Positions 39,601 through 51,169 of a DNA stretch of 64,000 nt are shown here, one piece after another. The notes under the pieces were generated by a model. It did not search any database. It was not told the DNA's origin and worked only from the letters and a program-made list of their open reading frames with translations. The stretch spans positions 2,604,001 to 2,668,000 of the forward strand of contig JAYWIR010000012.1 in NCBI GenBank assembly GCA_036172245.1, read 5' to 3'. Every line of letters starts with the position of its first letter. Position 1 is the first letter of the stretch. A program made the position numbers and the translations under genes. Source of the stretch: Raillietiella orientalis (taxonomy: Eukaryota).

Positions 39601-42600
39601 TCTTATAGCAAACTTTTGCCAAAAACACAACATACCAGTTTGCAATTTCTTTGTTATCAAGATCAGGTTGCACCTTTAAACAATCATGTGATACCAGATT
39701 AGTTGAGTAATCAGCAAAGCAAAATATATCTGGAAATTTCAGCATCACTTCTATCAGTGACATCTGAACATCCGAATTCTGCCAAAGATGACAAATAGCA
39801 TGAAGAGGGAATGTTTTTCCTTGAAATGCCACATTTAATGCAGAGACCAATAGCTTAAGTCCTTGTTGGTCCTTAATTACAAGACTGGAGTGGTCTAACT
39901 CCAAAACCACATCTTGCCAATTCAATCCTGGATACTGAAAAGCAGCTTATATGGTAGAGCTCAACACTCTTACTAGTTCACTGATGGCTAAAACAAATGC
40001 TTCAGCATTCCAATATGTAGCATCTACTTTTTCTCTGGATTCTAACCATAAGGAATTTTGTGTTTCCATGGATGCTGTACTGGTACGAGCCATCATAGCT
40101 AAAACCAAGGCAACAGTCTGAGCATTCACTTCTTTCACTTGTAACACAGCTAGAGTATTTTTGCAATCCTCTACAGTAGCACAGCAACTGTATCCCATTT
40201 CTAAAAGAAGGTTTGCTAATGCTTCATTATCTTCAAGCTGGAAGAAACAAAACAAAACAACAATTAATTACAGCACCTAACAAAAACATATAATCATGAA
40301 TTTAAAAGAGAAAGATGCTTACCATGTTACTAGAAAGTAACAAAGATTCAATATTTCTTGTACTATTCATATCTCCCATTTTTTCAGGGTACAGTAAAGG
40401 AAGCAGAATCAGAGGCACTTGATCAATAGGAAATTCTTGATGTAATACTTCTAAAAATTCAGCTTTTAAATTTTCTGTGATTCCTAGATATTCAGGAGGA
40501 CGACTGTGAATTTCCAACAAAATCAAGTATAATATCTCAGGTAAAGGCTCTTGTAATCCTTTTTCAGTATTTGTTATATTTGGATCTATATACAGTTCTC
40601 AAATGCACAAATGAAATATTTGCACCATTCACCTGATTTTGCTGAGCACTTGATAAGTTCTGGGAGACGTTGTTGAATGAAAGACAAACTGAGTTTTTGG
40701 ATATCTAAGTTCGTACAATTTTTTAATGCAATACCAAATGCAATTTCTTGGAAAAGAGAGAATTTGAGAACTTTGCCGAGTTGACTGAAGAAATTTGCTG
40801 GAGGCTAAAACCAAAATATGAAAAATAAACAAGCAGAACATAAGAGAAGCATACCTTACGAAGGGAATACAAATTGTCAATCACAAAGCAGATTGTTGAT
40901 ACAAAATGTGCTTTTGTAAATAACTCTGAGCAAATTTGAACAAGATATTGCACTTGGCAAGAGTCTTTGACAGATAGTCCTTGATTAAATGCTTTACCCT
41001 CAGTACCAAAATCCACCAGAGAAAACAGGCAATAGAGCAGTTGCCTTTCTGCTTCAAGACCGTGAGTTGAGACTAGCTACAATGATTTGCATGAATTAAT
41101 GGGGAAAGGTTCATCTTTCATTATATATACGTATTTACAGGTATAAGTTAATCTTTAACTCAACATTACACACAATACAGAATATTAAGCCAGAATAATA
41201 AAGAGAAACCATATTAAACGTCATTCACAAAGAGCACTAATTCTGAAACGTTCCAATTTGAAGTTTCTGTTAAAATCACATTTGTTATTCAATATTTAAG
41301 GTTATCATTGTAAGCACACAACAATTATCTAAGAAACATGTTTACTGGCATATGCTTTTCACAAACAGAAATTAATGTTGAAATTCTGGATCCCCTTCTT
41401 TCCTACTAATTCCAATGATGTTTGGTTCCAATAAATCGTGCAAGAATCAAATTCCACTTTGAAAACTTGCTGCTGTCAAGAATTATAAGTAACACGATTA
41501 ATAGTCATTTTATTATCCAATAAAAAGCAGCATTTAATTCATCAGCCCAAGCAGATGAATGTACCTTTGGATTTTTTTTTATGAATTAACAGTGAGATTA
41601 CTTGTAAATTCTTAGTGCTTAATTCATGTTCAAAATTTTCGTGAAATGCTACACTGCACTATGACAAAATGGAAATTTTAAGAAAAATATGTACAACAAA
41701 CTGAACTTTGGCCAAATGAAGAAAAAAATACGAGGGTTTACACAAAATTAGCACATTCAATGAAAAACAGCAACTGTTAAACACAGAATTTGAGTGTACT
41801 CAAATTTTGCTACGAGAACTTCAAAAAGGATCTTTTTATGTCAGAATTGGGATTCAGATCACTAATTGACTAAGATCCTGGTTAATTATACACTTATGAT
41901 CCCAATTAATGGCAATGTTTTCTATAAAGAAACACTTATACAATAAATGTAAGCATTTGTAAAGCTGAATTCAGAAATATTTTAACTGATCAACAATATC
42001 AATTCCAAAAAAATGTGAAACAGTATTAATGATATTTAATGGTCATGCATCTGGATCTATAAAGAAAAGGATTTCATTTATTCCAAAAAACTTTCAGCAA
42101 AAGAACAGTTCTTAAGTTTTGACAGAATGAGAAAATATCACTGTTTTCAAATAGACTTCACACTGATTAAATTTGGCCGGTAAAGTTTAGAATGGCTTAA
42201 AAAAGCCCAAAACAAAAACCAGAATTTCATTAATGAATCCTTAAATAATTTTCTTGATACTGATCTTTAAACTATAAAGATATGTTTTTGCCATGTGCCT
42301 AATACATGTGCAATTTCAAACCATAATTGATTTAAAACTTCTGACTCTTCCAACTGAAAACTGTCCTGAAAGTTATATCTAAAGTGCCTGCAATATCCGA
42401 ACTGTTTTCACCCTTAACACAAAGCACGAAAAATGCCGAAAATTATTCTCAAGTTTTCATAAGAATTAAAAGCATTTTAGCGTGATTTTAGAAATAAGGA
42501 GAAAAGGCAATATCCTCATTGCCTACGAGCATGCTGCTATTTTGATAACACCATACATTTTATTTGAACAGAACATTCAAAGTTATTGAGAGTTATTGCT

Positions 42601-44026
42601 ATGTGATAAATAATTATTAAGAAATTCATGTACTCCTCCAATAATCACATAAACAGAATAATCAATGTACTTAAGATTCATTCTTATACAATGCTTTTTA
42701 CATTATTGTGATTCAGAGTAGTTACAATATTTTTTTTTTTTTAAATTTTAAATGTCCCCTTTAAGATAACTTACTTAACTTTAAGATAATTTAGTAGATG
42801 AAAGAGTCTGAGGAACAAATAAAATACAATATATTGGAACTGTATGCAATCTCTCCAGCTGAATTTTTTTAGTGATTTTTCTTTTTTTTTGTAGATCAAA
42901 AGAAAAGCATGTAAGCAAAACATGATCGAAATAAACAATTAATATTTAACAAGCAATTTAAGTTTCATATGTTGCATGACTTTCACTGATACAACACATA
43001 CAACCTACCTAATAAAATTTGTCATCAATATACTGAAACACACTACTCTGCATGCCCTACATTACAATAGATGCAAAAAGAAATGGATTGAAAAAGAATG
43101 ACGGATGCAAGTTTTGAAAGCAAATACTAAAAGGTCAAAAATGAACTGTAGGGGATCCCTAAGAAAACAATTTCAAACTTTATCATGTGAGCAAAGGAAT
43201 ACACAACACAAATACCCAGAGAAAACATTTTCTATATCCAGTAGTGAGAAACACATTTTCCGAATCTGAGTTTAAATTAGCCAATGAAATCAAAGTAATT
43301 TCCAAAGATTACACAAATTAGATAACACTACAGTGTTATGGTCAAAAAGGACGATTGTAGACCTCATTTTGTTAGGCATTACAGATACCTACATGAATGT
43401 TTTCGTGGCAACATACTTTTGGGGAGTTTTTGGACAACTGTAATTAGAAATAGAAGATGAATTTTCAGCATATTGAATCCAAACTACTAATTTGGCTTCC
43501 TCACTTTTCGGTTTGCATGCGATAGTGATATGTTAAAATACATTTACCCAACACCCCTACTGAAAAAAACTAATGACTGAGAAAAAGGCAACTTTCAAAT
43601 GTGAAACATTTTATTCCCTCAGCTTGCTTGTGCATTTCCTTACTCATACTCTCCTTATACATTTCATTGTTTATTCCATTTTGCACAGGAAAGATTTCAT
43701 AAGTGGTTTACAAAGGCATTCTGTGATTGTACTCAATACAGAAATAATAAAACATGCATTTAAAGCCTTGTGACCAATATTTGATGATTGAATCATTTAA
43801 CAAACAGTTATCAAATGACCAAGAGATTAAACATGCAAAACATAGAAAGTGCTACGGAAAATTTATTCGAACCCCAATTTATGATTTTTCATCCAACATC
43901 AAAGCTTCTGAAAGATATACTTACATGAGCTACTTCTTGAGTTGTAATTCTAAAATTTTTTTTATTTAGATTTATAACAGCATAGTTAATTTGAGATAGT
44001 GAAAAAGACAGTGAATCAACGTTCAT
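30580..44026 (-). CDS. CNOT1: CCR4-NOT transcription complex subunit 1 (NOT1), complete spliced CDS, 19 coding exons, 2361 aa
   Basis: Exons in transcript order: 43925-44026, 40855-41076, 40633-40804, 40323-40585, 39974-40237, 39636-39934, 39451-39583, 38165-38278, 37845-38120, 36211-36326, 35783-36168, 35493-35743, 35324-35448, 35087-35276, 34848-35036, 34660-34803, 32230-34611, 30744-32137, 30580-30643. They sum to 7086 nt, all introns are GT-AG, and phases are consistent. Recognisable NOT1 motifs: [109 protein letters not shown]. Confidence 0.97.
30660..30686 (+). repeat. (AAG)n microsatellite in the last CNOT1 intron
   Basis: Directly visible; forms the polypyrimidine tract on the minus strand. 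Confidence 0.8.
30744..32137 (-). CDS. CNOT1: CNOT1 coding exon 18 (1394 nt; C-terminal NOT1 domain)
   Basis: TTTTAG acceptor, GTAAGT donor; corresponds to ORF 30740-32131. Confidence 0.96.
32168..32188 (+). repeat. (AC)n microsatellite in CNOT1 intron 17
   Basis: Directly visible in the sequence. Confidence 0.85.
32230..34611 (-). CDS. CNOT1: CNOT1 coding exon 17 (2382 nt; CAF1-binding MIF4G and CAF40/CNOT9-binding regions)
   Basis: TTCCAG acceptor, GTATGA donor, 794 codons; corresponds to ORF 32224-34599. Confidence 0.96.
34660..34803 (-). CDS. CNOT1: CNOT1 coding exon 16 ([17 protein letters not shown]...[14 protein letters not shown])
   Basis: TCTAG acceptor, GTAACT donor, 48 codons; conserved PSIxxTNIDTLL and FIFNNLS. 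Confidence 0.93.
34848..35036 (-). CDS. CNOT1: CNOT1 coding exon 15 (YVEYG..., Ser/Thr-rich linker)
   Basis: TTACAG acceptor, GTAAGA donor, 63 codons. Confidence 0.88.
35087..35276 (-). CDS. CNOT1: CNOT1 coding exon 14 ([18 protein letters not shown]...FPPHIIE)
   Basis: CTTAG acceptor, GTAAAA donor, phase 2 to 0. Confidence 0.93.
35324..35448 (-). CDS. CNOT1: CNOT1 coding exon 13 ([42 protein letters not shown])
   Basis: TTTAG acceptor, GTAAGT donor; highly conserved NOT1 motif. Confidence 0.93.
35493..35743 (-). CDS. CNOT1: CNOT1 coding exon 12 (...[33 protein letters not shown]...)
   Basis: TTTTCGTAG acceptor, GTAAGA donor; conserved EANxYFQxIYNHPP motif. Confidence 0.9.
35783..36168 (-). 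CDS. CNOT1: CNOT1 coding exon 11 ([11 protein letters not shown]..., low-complexity linker)
   Basis: TTGTAG acceptor, GTGAGT donor, open frame, phase 2 to 1. Confidence 0.88.
36211..36326 (-). CDS. CNOT1: CNOT1 coding exon 10 ([14 protein letters not shown]...LACLQNCVG)
   Basis: CTTTAG acceptor, GTAAGT donor, phase 0 to 2. Confidence 0.88.
37845..38120 (-). CDS. CNOT1: CNOT1 coding exon 9 (...[15 protein letters not shown]...[10 protein letters not shown]...KFLQ)
   Basis: TAGCAG tandem acceptor (start 38120 or 38117), GTGAGC donor. Confidence 0.92.
38165..38278 (-). CDS. CNOT1: CNOT1 coding exon 8 ([27 protein letters not shown]...)
   Basis: TTTCAG acceptor, GTAAGG donor, 38 codons. Confidence 0.85.
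39451..39583 (-). CDS. CNOT1: CNOT1 coding exon 7 ([10 protein letters not shown]...[15 protein letters not shown])
   Basis: CCTAG acceptor, GTAAGT donor, phase 2 to 0. Confidence 0.9.
39636..39934 (-). CDS. CNOT1: CNOT1 coding exon 6 ([15 protein letters not shown]...DNKEIANW)
   Basis: TTTTCAG acceptor, GTATGT donor, phase 0 to 2. Confidence 0.92.
39974..40237 (-). CDS. CNOT1: CNOT1 coding exon 5 ([25 protein letters not shown]...)
   Basis: TTCCAG acceptor, GTAAGA donor, 88 codons. Confidence 0.92.
40323..40585 (-). CDS. CNOT1: CNOT1 coding exon 4 (...[19 protein letters not shown]...)
   Basis: TATAG acceptor, GTAAGC donor, phase 1 to 0; overlaps ORF 40302-40526. Confidence 0.88.
40633..40804 (-). 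CDS. CNOT1: CNOT1 coding exon 3 ([27 protein letters not shown]...)
   Basis: TTTTAG acceptor, GTGAAT donor, open frame, phase 0 to 1. Confidence 0.88.
40855..41076 (-). CDS. CNOT1: CNOT1 coding exon 2 ([23 protein letters not shown]...LRK)
   Basis: TGTAG acceptor, GTATG donor, 74 codons, NOT1-like HGxEAxRxLLxCLFSxVDF. Confidence 0.92.
43925..44026 (-). CDS. CNOT1: CNOT1 coding exon 1 ([34 protein letters not shown])
   Basis: ATG at 44026-44024; 34 codons resembling the conserved NOT1 N-terminus; GTAAGT donor at 43924. Too short to appear in the ORF track. Confidence 0.92.
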
Positions 44027-44899
44027 AGTTCCATAAAACCCACATTAAGAAAGCTTCAATCTTTGAAGCCTTCTTTATTGTTCGAAATTCAAGCCTTCTG
44101 CAATATTTAAATAATGGCGCAGAAAAACATGAAACTACACCACACACCAACATGGAGACACTTTAATTCAGAAAATTTTTGGTTTTCTTAATCTTATTTT
44201 GTTATTTATAGCTAATAACATATGTTAAGAATTGGAAAAATTTTCGTCTTCAGATATTACGTCTCACTAATGTACTGATTACAACTTCCTTGAATAGTCA
44301 GATGTCAAAAATTAAAACACATACGTCAGGTTAACCATGCGTCAAAAGCAAAACAAAGTATAATGCACTCTACTATCTATTAACAGTCCAGATGATTTGC
44401 ATCATTTCCGTTCATGCTTTAAAGTTTATTTCAGTAAAGCATGCATGTTACACATAATATAATATATAATTGATTACAGTATCACTGTCATTTCTTGGGT
44501 ATTTATATTACGTAACTTCAAACTATTCATTCGGGAGGGGGGGGGAAACCGTATGGATACCGTCGGAAAATATTAGATTTTATCCATTGGTAAGAAAATG
44601 TAATATAATGTTTTTCTTTTTAATTTAGAAGTTGTATTAGCAAAGTGTAGAACCTAGAGTACCTAGCATTATATAAATGGAGCTGGAAATTGTAACAGTC
44701 AGTTTATCGTCAAAATTTAAATCTACTAATCTGGTTTGGGACTTTCACTTCGAATGTCTCAAAATAAAAATAAAGCCTTCTATCTAACACAACTCTCTTT
44801 TTTGTCCCTTTAACCTGTGCTAATCTAGTCCTTTTTAAGGTTTACAAATCATAAGCAGACCATGAGAACGCTTGTTTTATTTATGAAATTTTCCAGTTG

Positions 44900-46400
44900 T
44901 TCATATTATAGATAAAGCTAGTTAGATTTGCTGTTGTTAACAAGAGCAGCATATCGTTCACTTGAATATCCTTAGCTATTCATAAAGATATTATGAATTA
45001 CTTTTCGAAAAATTCTTTGGAATTTTCCATTTCCATTTTAAGCTTCTAAAGTTAAAACTTGCTACCAAAGACATTCTCAGCAAATTTTTAGCTGGGACTC
45101 CACAGGAAAATTTCAGATGAATGTTTATTAACATTCATCTGAATTTGAATTCTGTGAATCATACATTCTCTGGGTAAGAAAATTGCATCACTCGGTTCAA
45201 CTTTCCAGTTTTGAGATTGCTCATATGCGTCTATTATGTCCCGAGAATTCATCGTCTCAGTAGAGTATTTTATTTTCCAGTTCCTCATTTTTAAATAGAC
45301 TCAAAATACTTGGAATAAATAATAAATAACCAGAAATTTTTCTCTCCTCATAAGAGAAATTTTCACAATCAAATTATAAATATTAGCTTTCATTACATCA
45401 ATGGAAGCCGAAACTTATCCTCAATATTTTCATGCCTTTCCTTAAATCGAAATCTATTTCGTAACATTTCAAGCATCACAGCTGTTAGTAACTATTCTCT
45501 TTTATTTAATATTAAAAAAAAATCCACAGGAATTTATTATTGATTTTTTTGTTTCCCTAATCAAGAATCAATATGATACTCATAAACGAGTATCGGAACG
45601 AATACATTTGTTCACAGAATTCCTACGGACGAAAATTATTTCCATCATTATAGGAAACTTAAAGTGCACTTTCTTGCGCAATTTCTCGACAATATTACTG
45701 TGGGGAAAAAATATTTGAATTTATGAAACCATTTGCTTCTTCGGAAAGATCTAAAAATCCTGTCAATTATTCTTTTAAATTTGGACGCCGTCTGACATAT
45801 TAGTGCTATATTTAGACACAAGTTTCCAAAATCGTTTCTTTTCTTCATAATAACCACGTGTTGAACATTTTTCCTTCAATTAGTTAAATGTGAATGCAAA
45901 AACACTTTGCACTTCAATTATTTTATACTTGAATTTGTAACAGCTAAAATCCTTTAAAGACATGGATAGAAGGACCTTTAAATGAAAAATTATTTATAAA
46001 TAGAATAAAAAAATTCTAGAATCATTAAAGATTTATAGAAAACCTGTAAACCTTTTATTTAATATTCAAACCTAGCACTTTTTGTGTGGATGTGATTATT
46101 AAAATCAGTCGTACTTATAAAGGTGACTGTAGATCCTCTTGCTGGCACACTAGTGAATTGCATTATGTAAATACATCAAACTTCCAGAGTTTCCTTGCAA
46201 TTTTTAGAAAGAAACCATCAGCTATTATCCAATGACTTGTATAGTGTATCCTTAATGTGTTTGTTAGATTCGTTACGTCTAGCAATCTTTAGAGTTCTAA
46301 ATTTGTTTCACTCACTATCAATGAATCGAGTCTTTTTTTTCATAAAGAAATGCTAATCATTCGCCACAAGTATGTGTTCAATTAGGAATTATAAATTACT
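44900..46400 (-). pseudogene. possible AT-rich decayed non-LTR ORF2 linker region
   Basis: KRFWKLV, DIIDAYEQSQNWKVEPSDAI and KIPKNFSKS occur in the expected order; the signal is weak. Confidence 0.25.
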
Positions 46401-47549
46401 AGCAGATCTGGATACTTCTAGATCGACTACTTGCTGTTTGATACAGATGGTGGCCTGTTATTATCGAGACAATAAGGATTCTCCAGTAGGTATAAATTAT
46501 ATTCAGTCCTATTAAAGATGCGAATTTCTAGTCTCTATGTAGTCTCATTTCATATTTGTTGTTGCTAAATTATTTTTCTATTCGTAGATATTGTAATGCA
46601 TATAAATGCGTAATCGGTTTGGAAGTTTGCCACAAGTGAACAAGAACATCGGTTCTTGTTCACTTTTTCACGATTCTTAAAGTGTTAAAAGTGGATTTGG
46701 AGAACATGTTTTGAAATTGTACTGTAAGTTGCACCTGATTAGTGCCGCCGCATTTAGAGTTGCGTATGGAGATTGAGTAATGATCTGAGTTTGGGTTACC
46801 TTTTAAATATCTTGCCTACTAAATTTCATGCCTGCTAAATTAGACGTATCCAGAAAACGCAGCTTGAGATTGCTGGCTGTACAAGATATGCGTTCACTCC
46901 TGATGCGTAATTGTGGGATTCCTGTTTAGCAGAGTGAAGTCGCGCAGCGTTCGACATCAACGTGATTTTGAATCATCACCAAAAAAGGCGAAAGCATGCC
47001 CTCCGCATATGGCTTTGACAACAGGAAAAGTCTTTATTTGGCGACACAATGCAAGGCTCGATTTTTGTAGCAAGTATACAATGCACTAATGAGTATGATG
47101 GGTGAACCAGCAAGTGCGCTTACCAGGTTTTTAGAAAGCTTGTAGGCAGACAAAACATGTAAGTTTTATTCGAGGTCAAGTCACACAGGATTTGATCGGA
47201 AAATAGCTAAGGATTCCACAAAAGTGACCAGTACAAATTAGTAGGAAACAAGAATGTGTTGCAAGTTCATAAGTACTATTTATTTTCTTCAGATATAAGT
47301 TGATACTCTTTGCCAATGCAGGTTGATGATGATGATCAGCAGCTGATAAGCACCAAATTTAACCTTTGACGACTGCTACTCATTAAATCTTTATAGGTAC
47401 AAAGGAGTAAAAAACAGTTTTTTGTGAGTGCTGGGCAAAGCATTCAAATTTAGATTTAAGTGTAATTAATAAATTTGCGGTAGCAGTTTACAACTGAAGG
47501 AGTCCAGCAACATACCTTATTGTTTAGTGATTTTGCATGCGTTCAGCAT

Positions 47550-50500
47550 TCATAACAACTGTGAAAAGATGAGGTCACAATTATCTATCAACATCAAAGT
47601 ATCGCATTATGACCTGCAACTTTCATTGGAAAGCCCAGAAATACTAAAGGAAGTCTTTACCTGCAGAACTCCAACATATGTTTGTTGAAAATATGTCTTA
47701 TTTTATTTCCCCAGTAAGAACAAAAAGAAGTAAAATGAAGAACAAGTGATCTGCAATGCTGGAGTGATAGTATTGGGTATTGAGATTGGATAAGTCTTCA
47801 AATTTAAGCTCTAATTTTAAGGCTTTTGATTCTGTTTTGGTGCAGAGGTTTTTCATTTGGTCAAATTGGATAAATGGAATAAATGGTTGGTGGGTCACTG
47901 AAATTACAGATAAAGTACCGTATGTGGGAATATGAAAAGAGGTGCCCACAACTACGTAAAAAAAGAGAATCAAAAACAGTCCAGCATAAATTACACAGGT
48001 GATTGGGGAGGCAAAATGATGGCTGAAAACCAAATAATGAATTACTTGTACAGTACTGTGACCTGGAAATGAATACCATACAGACTCTGAGATCTAGAAT
48101 AAGCATATAGTAACTTGCTTGAAAACTTAAATTAGTGGCAAAAGTGGTGCACAAATAGAAACTTGACAAAATGTAGCAGGTCCGTGTGAGCAGGTACAGA
48201 TTCCAAGTTTGATGATGCTGGCGACCAGTAAATACGACAAGGTTTGGGAAGATTCGAATTAGAAAAGGCAAAATACAAATTATTGTTGCAAAATACTATG
48301 ATTACAACTTCATGTTGTAATGGCGGTTGAAACACGTCCGGATGATCTCGCCATTGACCAGGAAGCATGCTGACGTCATTGCTCGAAAAGGTATCTCAAC
48401 GAGTACGTGGAATAAACAGTTGCTGATTTGGACGGCTCTGTGCTCAACCAATTGGCTTCGGAAAATCAGGAAGACCGCTGAATATATTAGAAAGAAACGT
48501 GTGTGTTAAATGCGCGTATTAGAATTACGTGTGACCTTAAGGAATAAACTTCTTCCATGGAACAAACCAGCGTTTTGTAAGAAACAGAGTATTGTAAACA
48601 TGAATGGTTGGTTCTGCTTAGCAAATGAGATTTTGTAAAACTGGTCGCTGCTCATTACATCAAAGGACCACGTCACTGAATAAAGTAGCCGTACTCAAGG
48701 GATGAGTCCACGAGGTGAATTGCCACTGGCTGCGCCGAAATTTACATCCGCGTAGAAGGTCTTTAAGTCATCATATTCCGCTTTAGTATTTGTAATGAAA
48801 CGTTATGAAGATTTTGAATTCCTAAGAGCTTTTATTTCCAAGGCTAATGGTGTAGCCTATCACTGGTTTTGTTTATCATTTGATTTGAGTATGCTCTGCC
48901 TTGGTACCATTTCAAACTTCCTTCATCATAAGATGGACCGGTAATCCTAAGTAGTTTTTCAGTCATTCAAACAGGATTGCCTATTGCAGTGTCTCTGAAA
49001 ACCAAAAATAAGGCTTCCATATTTGAAATGAAGGGAAATGGGAAAACAGCATTCGAAACGACTTTTCCATAAGAAGAGTGATTTCACTTGTGTGGAACTA
49101 TAGATTCGAAGAAATTAAAAATCTTGAGAGGAATTCAGCGCCTTTACAATTATTTTTCCCAACACGGTGATCTGAAATGCCAGACATTTTTGGATTGCAA
49201 GCTGGCGCAAATGTAGCGTATTGCATTCTGCTAAACAATAAGATGAAGATATGAAGTCACCTTCAACATTCCCTTGTTGGTCTGCAAGAAGTAATCTTGA
49301 GCTGTAAGTGATCTTCGCTCAGCTATTCACTTTCAGTTCACTAGAGTTTCAAAGCTGAATTTTTCTGCCAAATCTCATGAATTTTAACTTTTCAAAAAAC
49401 TGCTCTCACTTCAATGAAGTGAGCGGATGTTATGGCAGGGACAGTTTAGGCGTTTGTGTCGAGTAAATCCTTCACTGCAGAGTGAAGCATCTATAACCCT
49501 TGGAAAAATGATTTGGAAAATCGCTTGGTTGTTGCAATTTGTGCTCATTCCATTGAGACAGCTACAAGACTTCCCTCGTCATCATGGTGGAATAAAATTT
49601 AGGATCTTTGAAAACTAGAACATGGGGAGTCTTCCTTTGGGTATTTCCTTGATAGAAATGTTTAAAGAGATGTTGCTTTGATGGAGGCTCGAAGTCTTTC
49701 TAAGGATTTTGTTGAGGCATCTTTTCTGTTAAAAATCCATCATCTGGAAAGAGTTCCAATTTTTTTTATAGATTGATAATGCTCTGGCTCATCCTTTTGT
49801 CGAACAGTTTTTATAGAATTGATGCTTAATTGATGAGTTCCTACATCAAAGATCGCAATGGCAGAACCAAGAAGTTTTAGGAATCTTCGAGGAAAACTAT
49901 GGAAAACTGTTGCTATACCATACGTCACCAGATGGTGGATGGTAAAGATAGTAGTATTCAGTCTCGACATCAAGCAATATCAGTATATGGCTTCAAATAT
50001 CAGAAAACCGGAATGTTCCTAAGGATCTTTGAAGATATCGTTTTTAACATGTGTAGGTATCTCTGGTTGGACTCGTGGAAGTAATGAAAGGCGGGGAAGT
50101 TGAGTCTCTTCAGAAAACATACAGAAAATGACTATGATTTAGACTTTCATGCCAAATTAGCTCGCCATTTATTCAGTTCTCTAATTACTGGAAACTGAGC
50201 GGAACGGAACGAACGCTTGAATTTACGAATTCTTTTAAGGACTTTCAGGTTTTATGCAAGGTTCTTTTATTTGTTCTAAATTAGAAGGTCAAAGAATGTG
50301 TTTTTATCATTAAACAGAATCCATGATTCAGCAGCTGTAAAGACCATGAATTTAATACTCAATATTGGATTTGCTTGCAGTTTTTGATGAGGCATCAAAT
50401 GTGGGCTCATGTGTAGAAATATACCGTTCCCAGGGCATGGTCTTGGCAGAGTTTAGATAAGCTGTTTCAGTTTTATTTATTTTTCTGCATCTTGTGGACA

Positions 50501-50930
50501 TTCAATGCGAAAATAACTTATTCGATGGAGATGGATGATCCCCAATGTCTTAGTTATCTCAGACATTTCCTGAGATAACTAAAACAGTCAACCCTGTATT
50601 GTAGCTGAAATTAATTTTTTTTTCTATACATAGGTCGGCGATTACTTAAGAGCAGTTTTAGATCAAGCACGCTACATAGTGCATGGGAGTCACTATTTTT
50701 GCAGAGAGTATATATCCAGGAAAAAGAACTATCGATCCAAAGTCGATCCAAACTGTGCATTGCAATGGAGAAACAAAGAAAAAGTTGCTGCCGATATTCG
50801 AACTGCATATGTGAATGGTGGGTGCATCAAGCGAGAAGTTGAAACAGAAATCTTCTTTGCTGCAGCCACATGTGGGAAAGGGAGGTGTTGGAATCAGGTA
50901 ATGAAATGCTCATTAGACTGCTACTGATTC
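47550..50930 (+). pseudogene. possible AT-rich decayed non-LTR ORF2 (RT through zinc knuckle; may be more than one element)
   Basis: FKAFDSV (about 47820), GRQNDG (about 48010), SKFDDA (about 48205), and later CIKREVETEIFF..TC....WNQV (about 50820-50900). Confidence 0.4.
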
Positions 50931-51169
50931 CTCTGAGTGATTGGGATTCCTAATTTCACCTTCTCTCAATCTCAGTAGAATCTTTTCGGCACCGATGCAA
51001 ACGTGTATGTGGTGCGAGTACACGTTCTGTTAACATCACTCCATTACTCAGGGAGAACTTTTTGTTGGCATCATAGGCAGGTTGCCTCTGAGTACTCTGC
51101 GACATCATCATAAACAGCATCGCCGAAGCACTGTCTTTGGTAACCGGAAAGCTCATCTGGAAGTCTCTT

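Noticed and set aside
50634..50897. Possible plus-strand exon (AG...GT bounded, 264 nt, open frame)
   Set aside because: No partner exons found, and the translation resembles a decayed LINE C-terminal zinc knuckle downstream of RT remnants. RNA-seq would settle it.
28400..51150. Contamination or chimeric join explaining the AT/GC contrast
   Set aside because: The gradient runs smoothly inside one intact gene, and the same SINE and LINE families occur on both GC-rich flanks.
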